Assembly (NCBI GenBank): GCA_012295275.1
Contig: CM022672.1
Coordinates: 12,090,001-12,154,000, forward strand
Direction of reading: 5' to 3'
DNA length: 64,000 nucleotides
From: Chrysomallon squamiferum
Taxonomy: Eukaryota > Animalia > Mollusca
The notes below the pieces were generated by a model, which ran no database searches, was not told the origin of the DNA, and saw only the letters and a list, made by a program, of their open reading frames with translations. Shown in pieces: positions 13,876 through 29,364 of the stretch. The translations under genes and the position numbers were made by a program. How positions within the stretch are numbered: position 1 is the stretch's first letter; every line of letters begins with the position of its first letter.

Positions 13876-15939
13876 GTAATAGTAATAAGAATAAGAATAA
13901 GAATGTAAATAAATAATTAATGAAACAGAAACAAATTAGTTCGTTAGTTCTTTATTTGAACAATCACTGTTACAGAAATAATAACTATCTATTAATCATT
14001 GGTAGATAATATATTCAGTACTTTGCTAGGTAAGTACAAAAGACTTGATCACAAAAATTGAAATTTACTACAGAATAATGTCCAAAGTTGTTCAGTAAAA
14101 GATAAATTATGAAACTTTATGATCAAGAAACAAAAGTGTCCAAAATAAATCCTAAAAATGACTGATTTTGACACATTTTCTTCATATTAAAATAAACCTG
14201 TGTGCCTGTAATTTTGTATGATCAAATAAAAAAATAAAAAAATCATCTGGCAGAAAGATAATTCTTGTTGAATGATTTGTGCAAGTTTATGGAGATCCTG
14301 AATATTTTGGAATGTCATACTATTAGAAAGATAATGTGTGCATGTGTGTGTGTGTGTGTGCAAAACATTTCCAAGTTTATGAGTGTGTGTTTGAATGTGT
14401 ATATATGTAGATGTATACATGAATGGATATATGAACATATGTGTGCATATGTGTCTATATGTATGCATGTATATAAATATAAGTGGTGTTTAATGAAACG
14501 GATTGTAATGAATTTTGAAATAAAATACATCTTAGAATATCACTGAAATCTAATATGAATTATTATAATTCTTAAGAAATGAATGAAAGAAAAATTTTGT
14601 TAAAATCTTTAATAAAATTCTTACTTTAACAAATATTGACACAAGAAATGTTCCCTACAATAGAACATCATTAGACCTGTTCTGTTTTCTTTATGATATT
14701 TCAAACAAGAGAACATCTTTACCTACACTGTTTTTTGTTTTTTTTAAATAAATTAAAGAAGATCAAATATCACACATATATTCAGCAACTAACAGTTACA
14801 ATTCTACACAAAATATATAAATAATTCTATAACTGTTGTATGGAATACTGTATCACAGATTATGAAGAAGAAAGAACGACAGACACAAAGAAAATTTATT
14901 CTGTTACAACAAATATCACTTAGAAATTAAAAAGAAAATATTTTAACAATTGAACATTTTTTAAATTAAAGCTGATAACCTGTCAGCAGATTTTTTATGT
15001 ATTTTAACTTTTTATATTATTTTAGAGAGGATGTAAGAAAAATCAACAGAAATGTAAAATATAACAATACAGTTAAAAAAGGCAGATTTTCATTTTTTAT
15101 TATAACAATGATAAAAATAATTTTGAGGGGATATATGGATAAAAAATTTCAGAAAATGTATTAATTAACAATTAAATAAAATAATTTTAAAAAATAATGA
15201 AAAATAGTAATTATAAAAATAAGAATATAAGAAAAAAAAATTTGAAAAGTAATTATTATCATTTTGTAACTGTTGAAGGAAAACTTATGACTAACATTTA
15301 TTCCATTTTATGGTATCATGTCTGTGTGTGTATATATATATGTAAAATTAATTAATTGTTTATTTATGATCAGATATTTAATACAAGATAAGTAACTGTA
15401 TGTACGTCTTTTAAAGAATATTTCTTAAACCATACTTAAGTCTCAAGTCAGAAAATGTGTTCCTTCAAATTAAATGACAAATATAGTAATAAATGTAAGT
15501 GTGAATGAAGATTTTTTTTTTTTTTTATGAATATAAAATGAATAATTAAAGCCTAATAATCTTAAAATGGTCTTTAAAAAAAAAAAAAGAAAGAGCCTCA
15601 CAAAAAATGTGCACACACACAAAAAACACTCACCACAACACAGATATCATAATTTAGCATGAGCAATAAATACAGTCAATCAAACAGATTAATATAAACA
15701 TCTATGAATAATTAAAAAGCTATTTCTAAAACACAGCATGAGGATAATGTACATTTTTATTATTATTCATGTGTGTAATAAAACTAATATTTATTAAATG
15801 TGATCAGTGTGCATTCTGTTACGAAATTAAATGACCAAATTCAACACGAATAAACCCAATCAGTATCACAGAATTTTTACCATAAAGAAAATTTCTGACT
15901 ATAAAATAATAATAATAAAAGAAAAAATTATTTAAGGTG

Positions 15940-16400
15940 GTAAAACAATGGCATATGCTATGAAAAATATCCATGTTTACAAACTACGTCTTAGATATTC
16001 CTGTAAAAAAAAAATCAGTTATTACACAGAGGTAAAATAATACCAAGTATCATTATGACAAATATCAGTTATTACAAATGCTAGTAGAACTATAAAGAGG
16101 TTACTTGATAAATACCATGTATTACATATGGTTCTAAAAACTATAAAAGAAATTCATATGACAAATATCATTTATTATACAAACTGGTAAAAACATGAGA
16201 AATATTCATTGATAAATACTATTTATTATACATAGTGATAAAAACTATGAGAGAAATTCCTTGATAAATATCATTTATTACACACAGTATAACTATGAGT
16301 TATTCCTATTAAAAAAACAACAAAAAACACCTGTTATTTACAACCAATGCTGGTAAAAACTATGAAAAATATTTCTATCAGTTATTACACAGAACTAAAA
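15940..16400. repeat. Degenerate minisatellite (about 47-bp unit)
   Basis: Recurring GATAAATATCAGTTATTACACA..GGTAAAAACTATGA units. Confidence 0.7.
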
Positions 16401-18169
16401 GTACTGTTTATAAAATGATATATCACTAAATGTCTGAAAATCGTAGCTAATATAAAAATAAGCATCTAAAGATAAGAAAGGTATATATATTTTGTTAAGC
16501 TATGAATATGCTGTGTTCTAGATTTCAAAGTGTTTGGCTGCAGTATTATTATGAAAGCAAAGACATAATGACAGAAGACAACAAAACAAGGATCAGTGAC
16601 CTTTTGACACAGGATCAGTGACCTTTAAACACATGGGTCAATGACCTCTCTACACATGGATCAGAGGTGATGTCTGTGAGTGGGTGGTGGGGCAAACTAA
16701 GTGATGTATTTTATCAACACCTAACAGATGAAGTAACAGTAATGAAACATAATGAACAATAATTTATAAATGATGTTTGTGTTATTTTAATGATATTTAT
16801 CTCTGACTGGGTCAAAGGTTACTGACCCTTGAACTAGAGTACAGACTGTGACTGTAATGAGGTATCACACACACACACACATAAGCCTATATATATATAT
16901 ATATATATTTACATACTTATTTAATTAATATTTTGATGCATAAAAAGAAAAATATTAAAAAATAAAATTACTTGTACAAGTTCAGGGAAAAATGTAACAG
17001 AAGATTGCACAAGAATGAGTTCCTTGGTAAAAGAATATTCAAGAAAACTCAAAAAGCTTTTTTTAAAAGTGTTTTAGTCATAATTACTGACAACTTAAAA
17101 CATTTAATTAAAAAAATATTATTTTCTTACAAAACAGACTAAAAATGTTCAATCTTTACCATTTGATGAGAAATTATACAAATTCCTTTTCTCTAACCCC
17201 CCAAAAAGAGCAAATAGTAATAAAAATAATTTAGCTTTGCACACCTGATGAACTGCTGGCCACTGGCCAACTATAAATGAAAGAACAGATATTTTTTTTA
17301 AATGCACATAACTATGAAAGACTAATAAAGCATCAAGTATTTATATTTTATTCTACAAAATGTAAAGCTATAAAGCTCTTTGGGCAGTGAAATAAAATAA
17401 TTTGGTCATGTACATTAAAGCACGAAAGACTTAATGATTTTTAATAATTATCAGCTATTCTTATAAGCTTTATTTTAATACCTGCAAACACACAATGGTC
17501 AGAAAATTAAATAATTTGGTCATGTATATGCAGATAAGAAAAACTGATTATTTTATTTTCAATTATACTCATCAGCATTATTTTTATATATGTGAAAAAT
17601 TAAATTTAAATAACTGATCTTGTAATGAAACATTGTGTTCAGTGATTAAATAAATGAAATATGACACCACCAGTCATATATATTATTTTATCATATTTGA
17701 ACATGCATATTTGAAAAAAGATTTTTAACAAATATTTCAGATAAAATTGTTCCTTTAAAAAGAAATTTATAATAATAAGCAGTACAGTGATGTATATTCA
17801 CCAAACTATTATTGATGAAACTTTAATACTGTCCAGCAAGGTCAAGATGACCATAAAAATTAGTCTCTGTGTGTGACCATCATAGAAAAATGAGAGAGAG
17901 AGATAAATAGATAAATTGTGAGAGAGGGAGAAAAACAGAGAAAGAGCAAGCTGTAGAATGAGCGTTAGAGAGCTTTCGAGTGAGAGAGACAGAGAAACAA
18001 AGTAAAGTTAAGAGACACAGCTTTATAATCAAAGAAATTTAGCTTTTTTTGTCTTTTTTCCAAGCCAGTTACAGCATGAAACAATCTATTAACAGTGACA
18101 TCCCAGGCTTTCATACTAACTGGAACATTTTTCCAGCTGACAGACACTGAACACGTACTCTCCAATCAA

Positions 18170-18455
18170 GACTCCCAGGCTACACATAAATTGACATAAA
18201 ATTCCAAAATTAGACAGGATCTGACAACAATCCCCAATTTTTAATGGGATTTAAAGAAGCAATCCCCAGACTTTGCAAGACTTGAGAAACAAAACCCAAA
18301 TTTTATGGACTTGAAAAGCAACCCAGAAACTCATGGGACTTGAGCAACATTCTCTGATTTTATGGGACTGGAGAAACAATCCCAAACTACATGGGACTCT
18401 AGAAATGACTCAAATTACACGGGACTTGATAAAACAATCACACCTTTCATGGGAT
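18170..18455. repeat. Degenerate minisatellite (about 30-bp unit) in the putative ABCA2 3' UTR
   Basis: Recurring ATGGGACTTGAGAAACAATCCCAAA-like units. Confidence 0.7.
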
Positions 18456-18709
18456 CAGTTTGTATCATTCATCTACTGGCATTGACGTCAAACAGTCTGA
18501 TCTTTATTGTTTGTTGCATCACAAGGAATTATTCTACTGCATATTATGGGTAATAATTGACTCCACACAAGTCATCTGACAGCAATGCTGCTTGGATTCG
18601 AAGGCAGAGAGATCTACTAGCAAGGCATGGTCAGTGGGGCTTGAGATCACAAACAGCTTCATAAAGCAGAGATCAGTTAAAATCACATTGGCATTAGGCT
18701 CAGTCGTGT

Positions 18710-19287
18710 CTGAAAATAAAATAAAGAGTAAATTATTGTATTATTTCTGTGTTTGAAAGGGAATGGAAACTGTGATTCTTTAGTAATAAATTCATTAATA
18801 TTAACAGTCTTAATGTAACAATGAATGGAAATTATGACTCTTTTCATTAATAAATTCAGTGTATGTCAACTGTCTGAATGTAACACTGATGGGAAACTTA
18901 TAACTCTCTAGTAATAGATTCAGTGCATATTAATAGTTTGAATATAACAATGAATGGAAATAATGAATTGTAATTATTATTTGGCATTTTGACAATTGTA
19001 ATGAAAATAACATCTCTGAAGATTAAAAATTATCCTACTAAATAATTACGATTAGAATCAAAATGACACATAAATATAACTGCTTAGAATTAACAGTGAA
19101 TTTAAACTATGATTATTAAGAAACAGGAATCTTAATTTTCAAATTAAACAGTAACTAAACAACATTTAATTAACAATCTATTAATAATATCTGCTAAGTT
19201 GTACAACTATTTAAAAAAAAACCTCTCACATCTTTCAAAATATAATGTATGAAAACATTATTTCACAAAGTATCAAAATATCTTTAC
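18710..19287 (-). other. Probable 3'-UTR intron of ABCA2 starting 10 nt after the stop codon
   Basis: Donor CAA|GTAAAG at 19288/19287 and acceptor TTTATTTTCAG at 18710. The intervening sequence is AT-rich and contains a minisatellite, and GC rises below 18710. Confidence 0.5.
18760..18965. repeat. Tandem repeat, 62-65-bp unit, about 3.2 copies
   Basis: GAATGGAAA..GACTCT..TAATAAATTCA..AACAGTC..AATGTAACAAT at 18761, 18823, 18888 and 18952. Confidence 0.75.
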
Positions 19288-19297
19288 TTGAAATTTA

Positions 19298-21822
19298 TCA
19301 ACAGATTCCAGCTAAATCATCAGTCATAAAAGCAGTTACCCCATTAGCTTGTTCCAGTCTTAGAATGCAATCATCATCACTGTCACTTGTATACAAGCTG
19401 TCATCTGATTGGCTGTTGGATGATAATGGATTTGAGTTTGTGCTGGCATTCGATCCTTGAATGGATGATTGACAGGAGGGTGGAGCTTCTTGGTCAGCCT
19501 CCTCTTCTTGTACTATTTCCATCTGCTGCTTGACAAAATTTATAAACACCTAAAGAAGAAAAACAATTTTTGTTACAGAATAAAATATTTTGAATCTTTA
19601 AGCATTGAAAGAGTTTATGTTTACAACTTTGAATCCTCTAAACAGTCATGAACTGTAATTTAGATGCTTACTGTTAACAAATATTCATTCATTCTGTTCT
19701 AGAAGACAAAATAATTTAAGTTTAAAGAGCAACAGCTAAGGAATTTTACATGTTGGGAATGTAATGTGAATGCCAAACTACAGCAAAACATATTTTTCAC
19801 GACAGTTGCTCTTTAAAGGAGGAAAACAAAAATGAAAAATAAACAAATCTTTACATTATCCAGAGTGTTCTGACTGACTGAGTAGTCTTCTATTGGTAAG
19901 TCCTGCCCTGCATCCTCCAGTGTTGTGAAGATAGATGACAGCGACAGACAGTTAGATGTCAGCTCATACTGCAGTATGTTGAAGTGATGTTCCTATAAAA
20001 CAATTAACAATGTATATTGGGTTTGAACAGAAGTTCATAGCATTTAATTCAAAGACAATATGTAGGTATGTGTACATATATTTATTCAACAACCTGTGTG
20101 CCATTTTGTTTTATATCCTTCACCATCTTTGAGATACTGTTACAATTCCATCATCTAAGAATGTGGCATGTTCTGTTCTAACCAAATACCATGTTTTGTT
20201 TTTGTATTGTTATTATAACATTATAATAATAATAATAATAATAATAATAATTATTATTATTATTATTATCATTGTTATTGTTGTTGTTGTTATTGTCATT
20301 ATTATTATTTAATTTATTATTATTGTTATTGTTGTTCTTTTTGCTACACTAATAATTAATAATAGAACTGTTACAGTCATTACTGTTGTTTAGTTGTTGT
20401 CATTGTTATAATAGTTCTTTGTAAATACCATCATTATCATCAACACTTTGTCCTGTTTTTTACATAAGGAAAGAATTTAAATTTTCTGCAGCCTTATTCA
20501 GTTTAACTCTAAGATAATAATTTGTTTACTTGATTTAATGTAGGTCTATATTTTATATATATATATAACAGAATGTTCTGACATCACATACTTTGAGTAC
20601 TGCCTGCGGAACACTTCTTGTGAAGAAACGTTCAACACTTCTTCTGGCGCGGTCGTAGTTGGGGCCTTTCACGCGAATGGTGATGGTGTAGCCGTCCCCG
20701 TATTTATTCTTCAGGTGCTGGATACTTCCAAGACATTTGAAACGACCGTTCACCATAATAGCCAGCCTGGTACACAAAACTTCACATTCCTCCATGCTGG
20801 CAAGTACAATGAATTAATTAGATACTGTATTATAAAACATACATATTACTTTAGTGTAGTTAATGAAATTATACTGTTTTATAAAACATTACAGATTAGT
20901 TATATAGTTTAATATACAATAAATATTGTATCATTAAAAAACATAATAAATTAGTTATAAGGTGTTACAAAGTTTTTTTTTATAACATATACCAACCCAG
21001 TTATACAATATATTGTATTTATAAAAATAAAACTTGTTAAATACTTTTAAATTCTTTGAATGAAACAAAGCTAAAGATAATCATTTTAAAAAACTTTATA
21101 TTTAGCAAATATGAACTTAAATATTAAACTGGTAGACCATTTCTCCATGAAAGAAAAAGAGAGAAATATACAGAGATAGAGAGAAACAGATATGGTAAGA
21201 GATTCATTTGATATTTTAAACTGACTATAATAAAATGGCACAAAAATCGTTTAGCTCTCTACCTGTGAGAACTGAGTACCACAGATCGGCCATCTTGAAT
21301 CAGTCCCAGAATGAGATCCCAGAGAAAACGTCGAGAGTGTGGATCCATGCCAGTGGTTGGTTCATCCTGTAACACAAACAGGATATCACATGAATGTAAT
21401 TATAACAGATTTATTATGAGACCCTTGCACAAAAACAGTGATCCATTACTAGGTGGCATCTTATTTTTAGGAATGTAAATTATAATAGCAGCTGTAACAT
21501 TATTGCATAAAATACATTATAAATCTATGTAATAAAGTGTATTGTTGTATTTCTTTTATGCAAAAATAATGTTTAATGTGAAATGAGAAAACTAATTACA
21601 AAATAATAATTAAGAATTTTCATATGCAGTGGAAATATGGATCATTATTCTACCAAAGGTGTTTTTACAATATATTTCTTTTAATTAAAAATCAACATAC
21701 AAACACAAAACTGACAACAACACAAATGATTAAATTTTTAAATACAGATATAAGTATGCAAATTTACTTCATTCTTTGAAAAAGAAATGTACAAATTATC
21801 TAAACAAAATTATCTTTAAAAT

Positions 21823-21856
<34 letters not shown>

Positions 21857-23781
21857 CCATCTTTCCTTTCTGATTTATATCCATATTCACTGACACCATT
21901 TACATACAAGTTTAAAAATGTATCTATCCATATTTTAATTTTTTCATAAATTTCCGTGTTCACTGAAACCAGTTACGTTATACTAACAGGACAGTACATA
22001 CCAGGAATATAACAGGAGGGTGACCAATGAGAGCAATGGCTGTAGACAGTTTCCGTTTGTTTCCACCACTGTACGTGCCAGACAGTCTGTCTGCATATTT
22101 CATCAGTCCAAGCTTTTTCAATGCCCAGTTAACAACCTGTATGAAAATAATCACATTTTAAAAACATCTATTTCACAGTGCTGAATCCAGTGTTACTGAA
22201 AATTTAATATTATATAATATATAGGGAGCTAGGTTCAGTATTTCAGAAAAATAATAAATTATATATTTCATGGAGGTGGATCCACTATTACAGAATTTTT
22301 TTTTAATTTAATTTGTTTCTTGATTGGATTATGAATCTTTTCTAAAGGTCTATGCTATGTTTTATATTTTTAAATTTTCTTATGAATTTTGGACACCAAA
22401 TTTAAAAAAAAGAATAATATATATATATATATATATATAAAAAAATTAAAGTAATAAGATAATAATAATAGTAGTAGTAAAAAAAAAAAAGAAATAATAA
22501 TAATGAATAAATATATAAAAATAATTACTTTATAATATTTAATCATGAATAGTTTTTAAAATGAATTTTGGGATGGGCCTTTTATTTTTTAAATTTTATT
22601 ATGTCCAAAGGTCATATTCAGATGTTATTTCAAGTAACTTTAACTAATTAATAACATTCAATTGTAACATGTCCATAATACAAATTACTAGAAACTGATC
22701 AAAACTTACCATCTTCTCATCTTTGGGTGGCACTCCTCTCACTCTGCAGTAGAACTGAAGATGTTCTCTGGCTGTCAGTTCATCATAGAGAGAATCGAAC
22801 TGTGGACAGTAACCAATACTCTTCTGTACTCTCTGCATGTCCTTAGTAACACTGCAATTGAAAAATAAACACACTGAAATTTGCAGATTCCATGCAGATA
22901 TCTTTAAATCATTATAATGGACTAATTTCATAACATTTTATAATATGTAGTCGAGTATGTCCTTTCTGCATTTCCTTAGCAACACTGGAATAAAAAATAA
23001 ACACCCTGAAACACACTCAAAAGGATTAAAGATTCCATGCAGAAGTCTTTAAATTATTATAACTGAAGTGGATTAATTTTATAACTTTTTATAATATGTA
23101 GCTGAGACTCTACTTTCTGCTCAGAACACTGGAATCAATAATATATTCATACTGAAACTTTACAAGAATAACAAACTAAATTTAAATGTCATTTATAAAT
23201 GAAAAGGTCAAATATTATAATTTTTTATAATTATAATTTCTGCATGTCCTTTATTAACACTAGAAAGTGTACACACAAACATTTATACCTTACGAGAATT
23301 ATGGACTTTATTATTAGCAATGGTTATGTACAGTTTTAAAAGGTAAACTGTTGTTCTAGTTATTTTATACTTTATTATTAGTAAAGATTTGGTTTGATAA
23401 CATAAACATTTATTCTGTTATTCTATCTATTATATATATCAATAAAGGTAAGGTATAGCTTAAAAAGATGAAACATTATTCTATATTTATACGTTATTAT
23501 TATTAAAGGTATAGTTTATAAAGGTAAACACTTATTCTTTTATTCTATTTATTATAATTTTTTACTTTTTATTATTATTTTTTTTTTATCTGTATTTATA
23601 CTTCATTATTAGGAAAGGTACAGTATACATATATAATTTACTTGTTTCCATTCACGTATGCAGATCCTGATGTTGGCAAAAGGTCTCCAGTCAGCATTTT
23701 AAATACTGTTGTTTTACCAGCTCCATTCACACCAAGCAGTCCAAAACACTAGAAAAAATAATAATAATAATAATAAAAAAA

Positions 23782-23853
<72 letters not shown>

Positions 23854-25401
23854 AATAAATAAATAAATAATAATATTAATAATAATAAAAATATTTATAT
23901 TTCACTTATACTATAGTTACAATTGGACACTAGTGACAGGTCTAAGATTTCAGAACAGCGTTTTATCTGTGATTATGATTGTTATGTACGTAAGATGAAA
24001 TCAATTTCACTAGAAAGGAAAAAACAAAACAAACACGAAGAACAAAAACCATAAACACAACAAAAACAATAACAATAACAAAATCAACATCAACAACAAC
24101 AAAAAATACTAAAAATTTAATATATTATAAATAGATAAATAAAAGTTAAAGGAAAAATCAAAAACTTTAAAAAAAATGTAAAAAATATTGGTAACTGAAA
24201 ATACTTGGCAATATGCAATTGTTATGTTAGCCTTAATGTAATTACCTCTCCAGGTGGCACACCTAGACACAGTTTATCAACAGCAAGATGTTTTCCAAGT
24301 TTCCTGGTCGTGTACACCTGATAAATATACATTAATAATATACCATACAAATCTTTTAATTTAAAAAAAAGAATTAAAAAAAAATGAATTTTAAAAACAA
24401 GAAATTTTAAAGCAAATTTTTAATATTTGCATTTAATTCATTGTATCCCTGTATTATATGTACATATGTATTTGGTCATATTAAAGAAATTTGGTGCACT
24501 AAAATTATTTATATAATTTATAGGAAAATACTTTACCATTTTGGCAAATATAAAAATAACTGTTTAAGCTTTTAAACTCAGGTGAGTATTTTCACACTAT
24601 TTATGACAAGTAATACAGGTAATCTAATGTAAGCAAAAATTATGTTACCTTTGTCAAGTTTTCCAGTCTCAGCAAATCATAGCGACCATTTCCTTTGAGA
24701 ACACGTCGTCTTTCAGCAGCTACATCAACATCTTCCTCTTGAACTGAGGTGTTCAGAGTCTTTTGGGTTCTATAGTAATAAAATTATTTTAAAAATATAT
24801 TTAAAAAAACCAAAAAAAAAACCAAAACAATTTAAAACATTTTAAAAAAAGAAAAAGACCACTAAAGTAAGAACAAAAAACAAATCAAAACAAAGATCTT
24901 AAGAAATGATAAAAATTATTTTAGAATTATTTTGTTATGAACTAAGGTGGTTCGGTTTTTTATTTACTATTACTGGGCAATTATACTGGTACAACAATAT
25001 TTATTTATAAAAATGAAAAAACCAAAAACAATAAATAACATAAAAAACAAATAACAAAACAACAACAAATAATCGATAGTAACAGTAATTCCATATATAT
25101 ATATATATATTTTTTAATTTTTTTTTAATTTTTAATGTATATAGTTTTTAAATATTACCTGGGTTTTATGAAGAATCTGAATTCACAAAGAAGAGTAATA
25201 AGAAAGAAGATCAGTCCAACGGTTGTCATGGCAACCAGTTTAATTGGTATGAGGCTCCATTCCATTGGTGATTTCATCATGTCATACTGGCCTGCAAAAG
25301 TGAAACTGTGATCAGACACTTTTTTCTTCTTTTTTTTCCAAATAATTCTAGTTATTATTATTATTATTGCTGTTGTTATTGTCAAAATTATTTTTTATAA
25401 A

Positions 25402-25433
<32 letters not shown>

Positions 25434-26131
25434 ACACTCACATGTATACACATACATATACAAGCATTTATACACATATATTCACATGCATTTATACCCA
25501 TACCCACACAGCCAAACACACCAAAATACAAATTATTTACATACACTACATCATGTTCATATATTCATAAACACAAACACATCGATACATATGACCACTA
25601 TGATTGAGTTTTAGACATGTAAAGGACTGGACTAATGTTTAATACCTGTCTTGAAGAAATACTCGTTCTTGTACTCGTTGAAGGCGAGATCCATCAGCCC
25701 ACGGCCCAGGCAGTAATTGGGGAACATCATGAAAATACACTTCAGTACCTTGTGAATGTTGTCAAGATCCTACAAACACAACAACATACAATGCATTAGA
25801 TAATTTCAGTTTTTAATGTTTATACATGTACAGTGTTTTGTTACTACATTTGTAGCAGAAACCAAGAAAAATCACACATACATATAGCCTAATAATGTAA
25901 GTTTTAGTTTCTATTTTTAATAATTATCATGATGACAGAGAAGAGAGAATTAGATTTGTTGTAACTTATATAATTTTTATCATCCCATTATTATAAACTT
26001 GATGATGGTGATGATAATGATGATGATATTTTAATGATACTTGTAAATTATTACAATTATAATAATGACAACAGTAATAATATAATAATAATTATAAAAG
26101 TATTATCATCATCATCATCATCAAATTATTA

Positions 26132-26174
<43 letters not shown>

Positions 26175-29100
26175 TTATTATTATCACAGCAGTATCAACA
26201 ATGATACTTGTTTAAAACAAAAACAAAGTATCTGGATGTAACAGTAACTGTCTGTCTGTCTGTTAGCCACACTCACTTTGTCATAAGAGAACATCTCAAG
26301 GAGAAAGCTGGACACGATGCAGGTGATTCCAGTAAAGAGGTTAATCACTATCAGACATATGTAAGCTGTACTTGGTTCATTGAACAGGAATGAGAACGGG
26401 TACATCACAGGTATGATCGACCACCTGTAAAAAAAAAAAATTCAGAAATACCTGTATTATGTTAAATTAATAATAATAATAATAATAATATATGTGAAAA
26501 TGGATATCAGTTTAAAATCACAGGTATGGCTGACCACCTGTAAATAATCAGAAATACCTGTGATACATTAAATTAATAATAATAATAATTAAAATAAATA
26601 AATATGACAAATGGATTTCAGATTAAATTCATCATTTCACGATCATTAAAATATTAGGACAAAGTAATAGAAAAATTAAACAGTGGCTGAAAATTATTGA
26701 TGGAGATTATAGCGTGACTGTTTGCAGGATCAAGACTTGTCAGTTCTTCCGCTTTCCTATCTGACATGAATTATATGAGTAGAGATAAACAAAATCGACT
26801 GCTTACCCATACAACAGAAAGAGAGCCACGACTGCAGGAATGTTTGTTGTGGACACGTAAGCAGGTATTTGAAAGATCAGCAGTATCAAGATACACATGA
26901 AAGCAGGAATCACATAATTACACTGAAATTAATTACAAGTTGTTATACACTGAGTCTGATAACATTATAAAGCCTATTACATGGAATACTTACTTGTTTA
27001 TATCTGCATATAAAAACATTTTGAACTTTACAGTAATATACAGTTCTAATTACCAAACAACTCTTCCACATATACATATAATTCTCTCTCTCTCTCTCTC
27101 TCTCTCTCTGTGACTCTCTCTCTCTCTCACAAACACATACACATACACAATAATAATAATAATAATAAGAGTATACATATACATCTACACTATACATTTA
27201 TCATATGAGCTTGTTAGGCTAACACTGACAGAATTCATGATACCACACTGTCTTTATGCTATATAAAATAAAATATTTACTTATATATATAATATATAAT
27301 CACATATTGTATATAATATTATATATAATTATAATATTGTATACCTGGATATAATGATATACTGAATATATTACATATCAGTACAACTTACTACATAATG
27401 AGAACACATCAAGTAAATAAACCATTTCACAAATACACTTTCTATTCTCAGCCAGTTTATCTTATGATAAACAATATTACTGACATAAAGGCTTTAAATA
27501 CTGTACACTTACCATGTCCCACACATAGTTTCCTAGCCAGTACATCAGAGGGTTGATGCCAGTGACAAACTGTAGATGCTTGGACTTGGTTGATTTCTCA
27601 TACACTAGAAACACCACAAAACTGGCAGGCACAAACGACATAGCAACAATGATGAAGATTGCTATGAGAACATCAGATCCTTCCATACTGCAAGACAAAA
27701 CAAACCAATACCATAATATAGTTTTTGAATTTAATGTTAATCTGTTGTTAATAGTAATTTATTATGTAATATGACAATTGTTTTGAGACAATTACAAGAT
27801 AAAACAAACCAATACCATAACAGTCTACAATAGGACACTTGTTTGTTCTTTCTATTTTTGATTTATTTATTAAATTAAATATATAATAAGTATAAATGTA
27901 CGTAATATGGTCAGAAAATGCTATAAGATCTATAATGCAGTCCAGAATATGACACTGTTTTCTATTTTTATTTCATTTAATTAAATTAAATGCCTAGTAA
28001 GTATAAATGTATGTAATATGGTGAATAAATACAAAAAAATCCAGTAAATATGTGAAAATAAATTTACATTAAGTGCAATATTATGGAATACATAGATTAT
28101 TATTAATAGATAAATAAAAATAAAATGAAATGAAATGAATAAATAAATAATAAATAAAATTAATTTTTAAATAAATTAATTAATTAATTAAAAAAACAAC
28201 AACTATAAAATACAAATAAAAATATCTTTAAAAAAATAATAATAATAAAAATACAACTGGTTACATGATAGTGAACACTTACACAGTTTGAAGATTGGCA
28301 AGTTCATTGTTGGTTTCATTCCATGGGTGATTGTACAGTGTGATACCTACAAACAAAACATACTGTCAAAATGAAACATATACTCCACACAGTGTGGTAC
28401 AGCAAGAGCCCTAGATGCCACTTAAACAGTTTTTATCATGGTAAAGTTATCCAAAATAGACACACTTTTCCATGGATGTAAATGATTTTCTGATATTCAG
28501 TTTTCAAATTTATCATTAGTCAAAATCAAAGAACAAAGTCTTTGCATTTGTAATCAAGTGAAGTGTGTGTGCATGTACACACACATTATCTTCAAAGATC
28601 TGTTGAGTTAACAATTAGGATATCACTGCACAATAATAACCGTAACATCAGTAATATTAATCAGTATTAAAATACATGATCTCTGTTAATTCTACATATT
28701 CTAAGAAAATATTAAAAAAAAAAAAAAAAAAAAATAATTATCATGACTGTAATAATTCCAGTCTGATAAAGTCTTTCACATTTCTATCTATAATTTTATT
28801 CTAACAAATTATTTACTTTGTTAACTGAAATGTGTTTCTACAGCTTACCGTAACTTGATGGGTTTCCTTTCTCTGGGGGCAGGTTTGCTCTGAGAATTGC
28901 ATTGTTGATGGTGTTTAGATACACTGGCATTGAGTGGTAGCCTTTGTGATTGAACCATAGCTGAATAATGACAATGAATAACTGATAATAATAACAGTAG
29001 CTGTAGTCGAGGTAGAAGTAGTAGTGGTAGTGGTAATAATGATGATGATGATGATGATTATGATGATGATAAATTGGTTCTCTATTATATCAACAAACTA

Positions 29101-29332
29101 ACCTTAGCGGCACTCCTCACAGCCAATTTTTTAAACAGTGTGGGAGACTTTTTGCCAAAATCATGAGGAACAAACCGCTGCTCCAAACCAAATTCCAAAG
29201 CTCCATATCTGTAATACAAACATAATAACAATAACAACAACAACAACAACAACAGCAACAGTAATAATAGTAATAATAGTAATAATAATAATAGTAGCAG
29301 TAGTAATACTACTAACAAGAGGAATAGTAACA

Positions 29333-29364
<32 letters not shown>

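Noticed and set aside
25222-25235. Near-perfect RFX X-box GTTGTCATGGCAAC
   Set aside because: Lies in a coding exon and is explained by the codons for V-A-M-T; similar matches occur in other exons (about 4543 and 30669).
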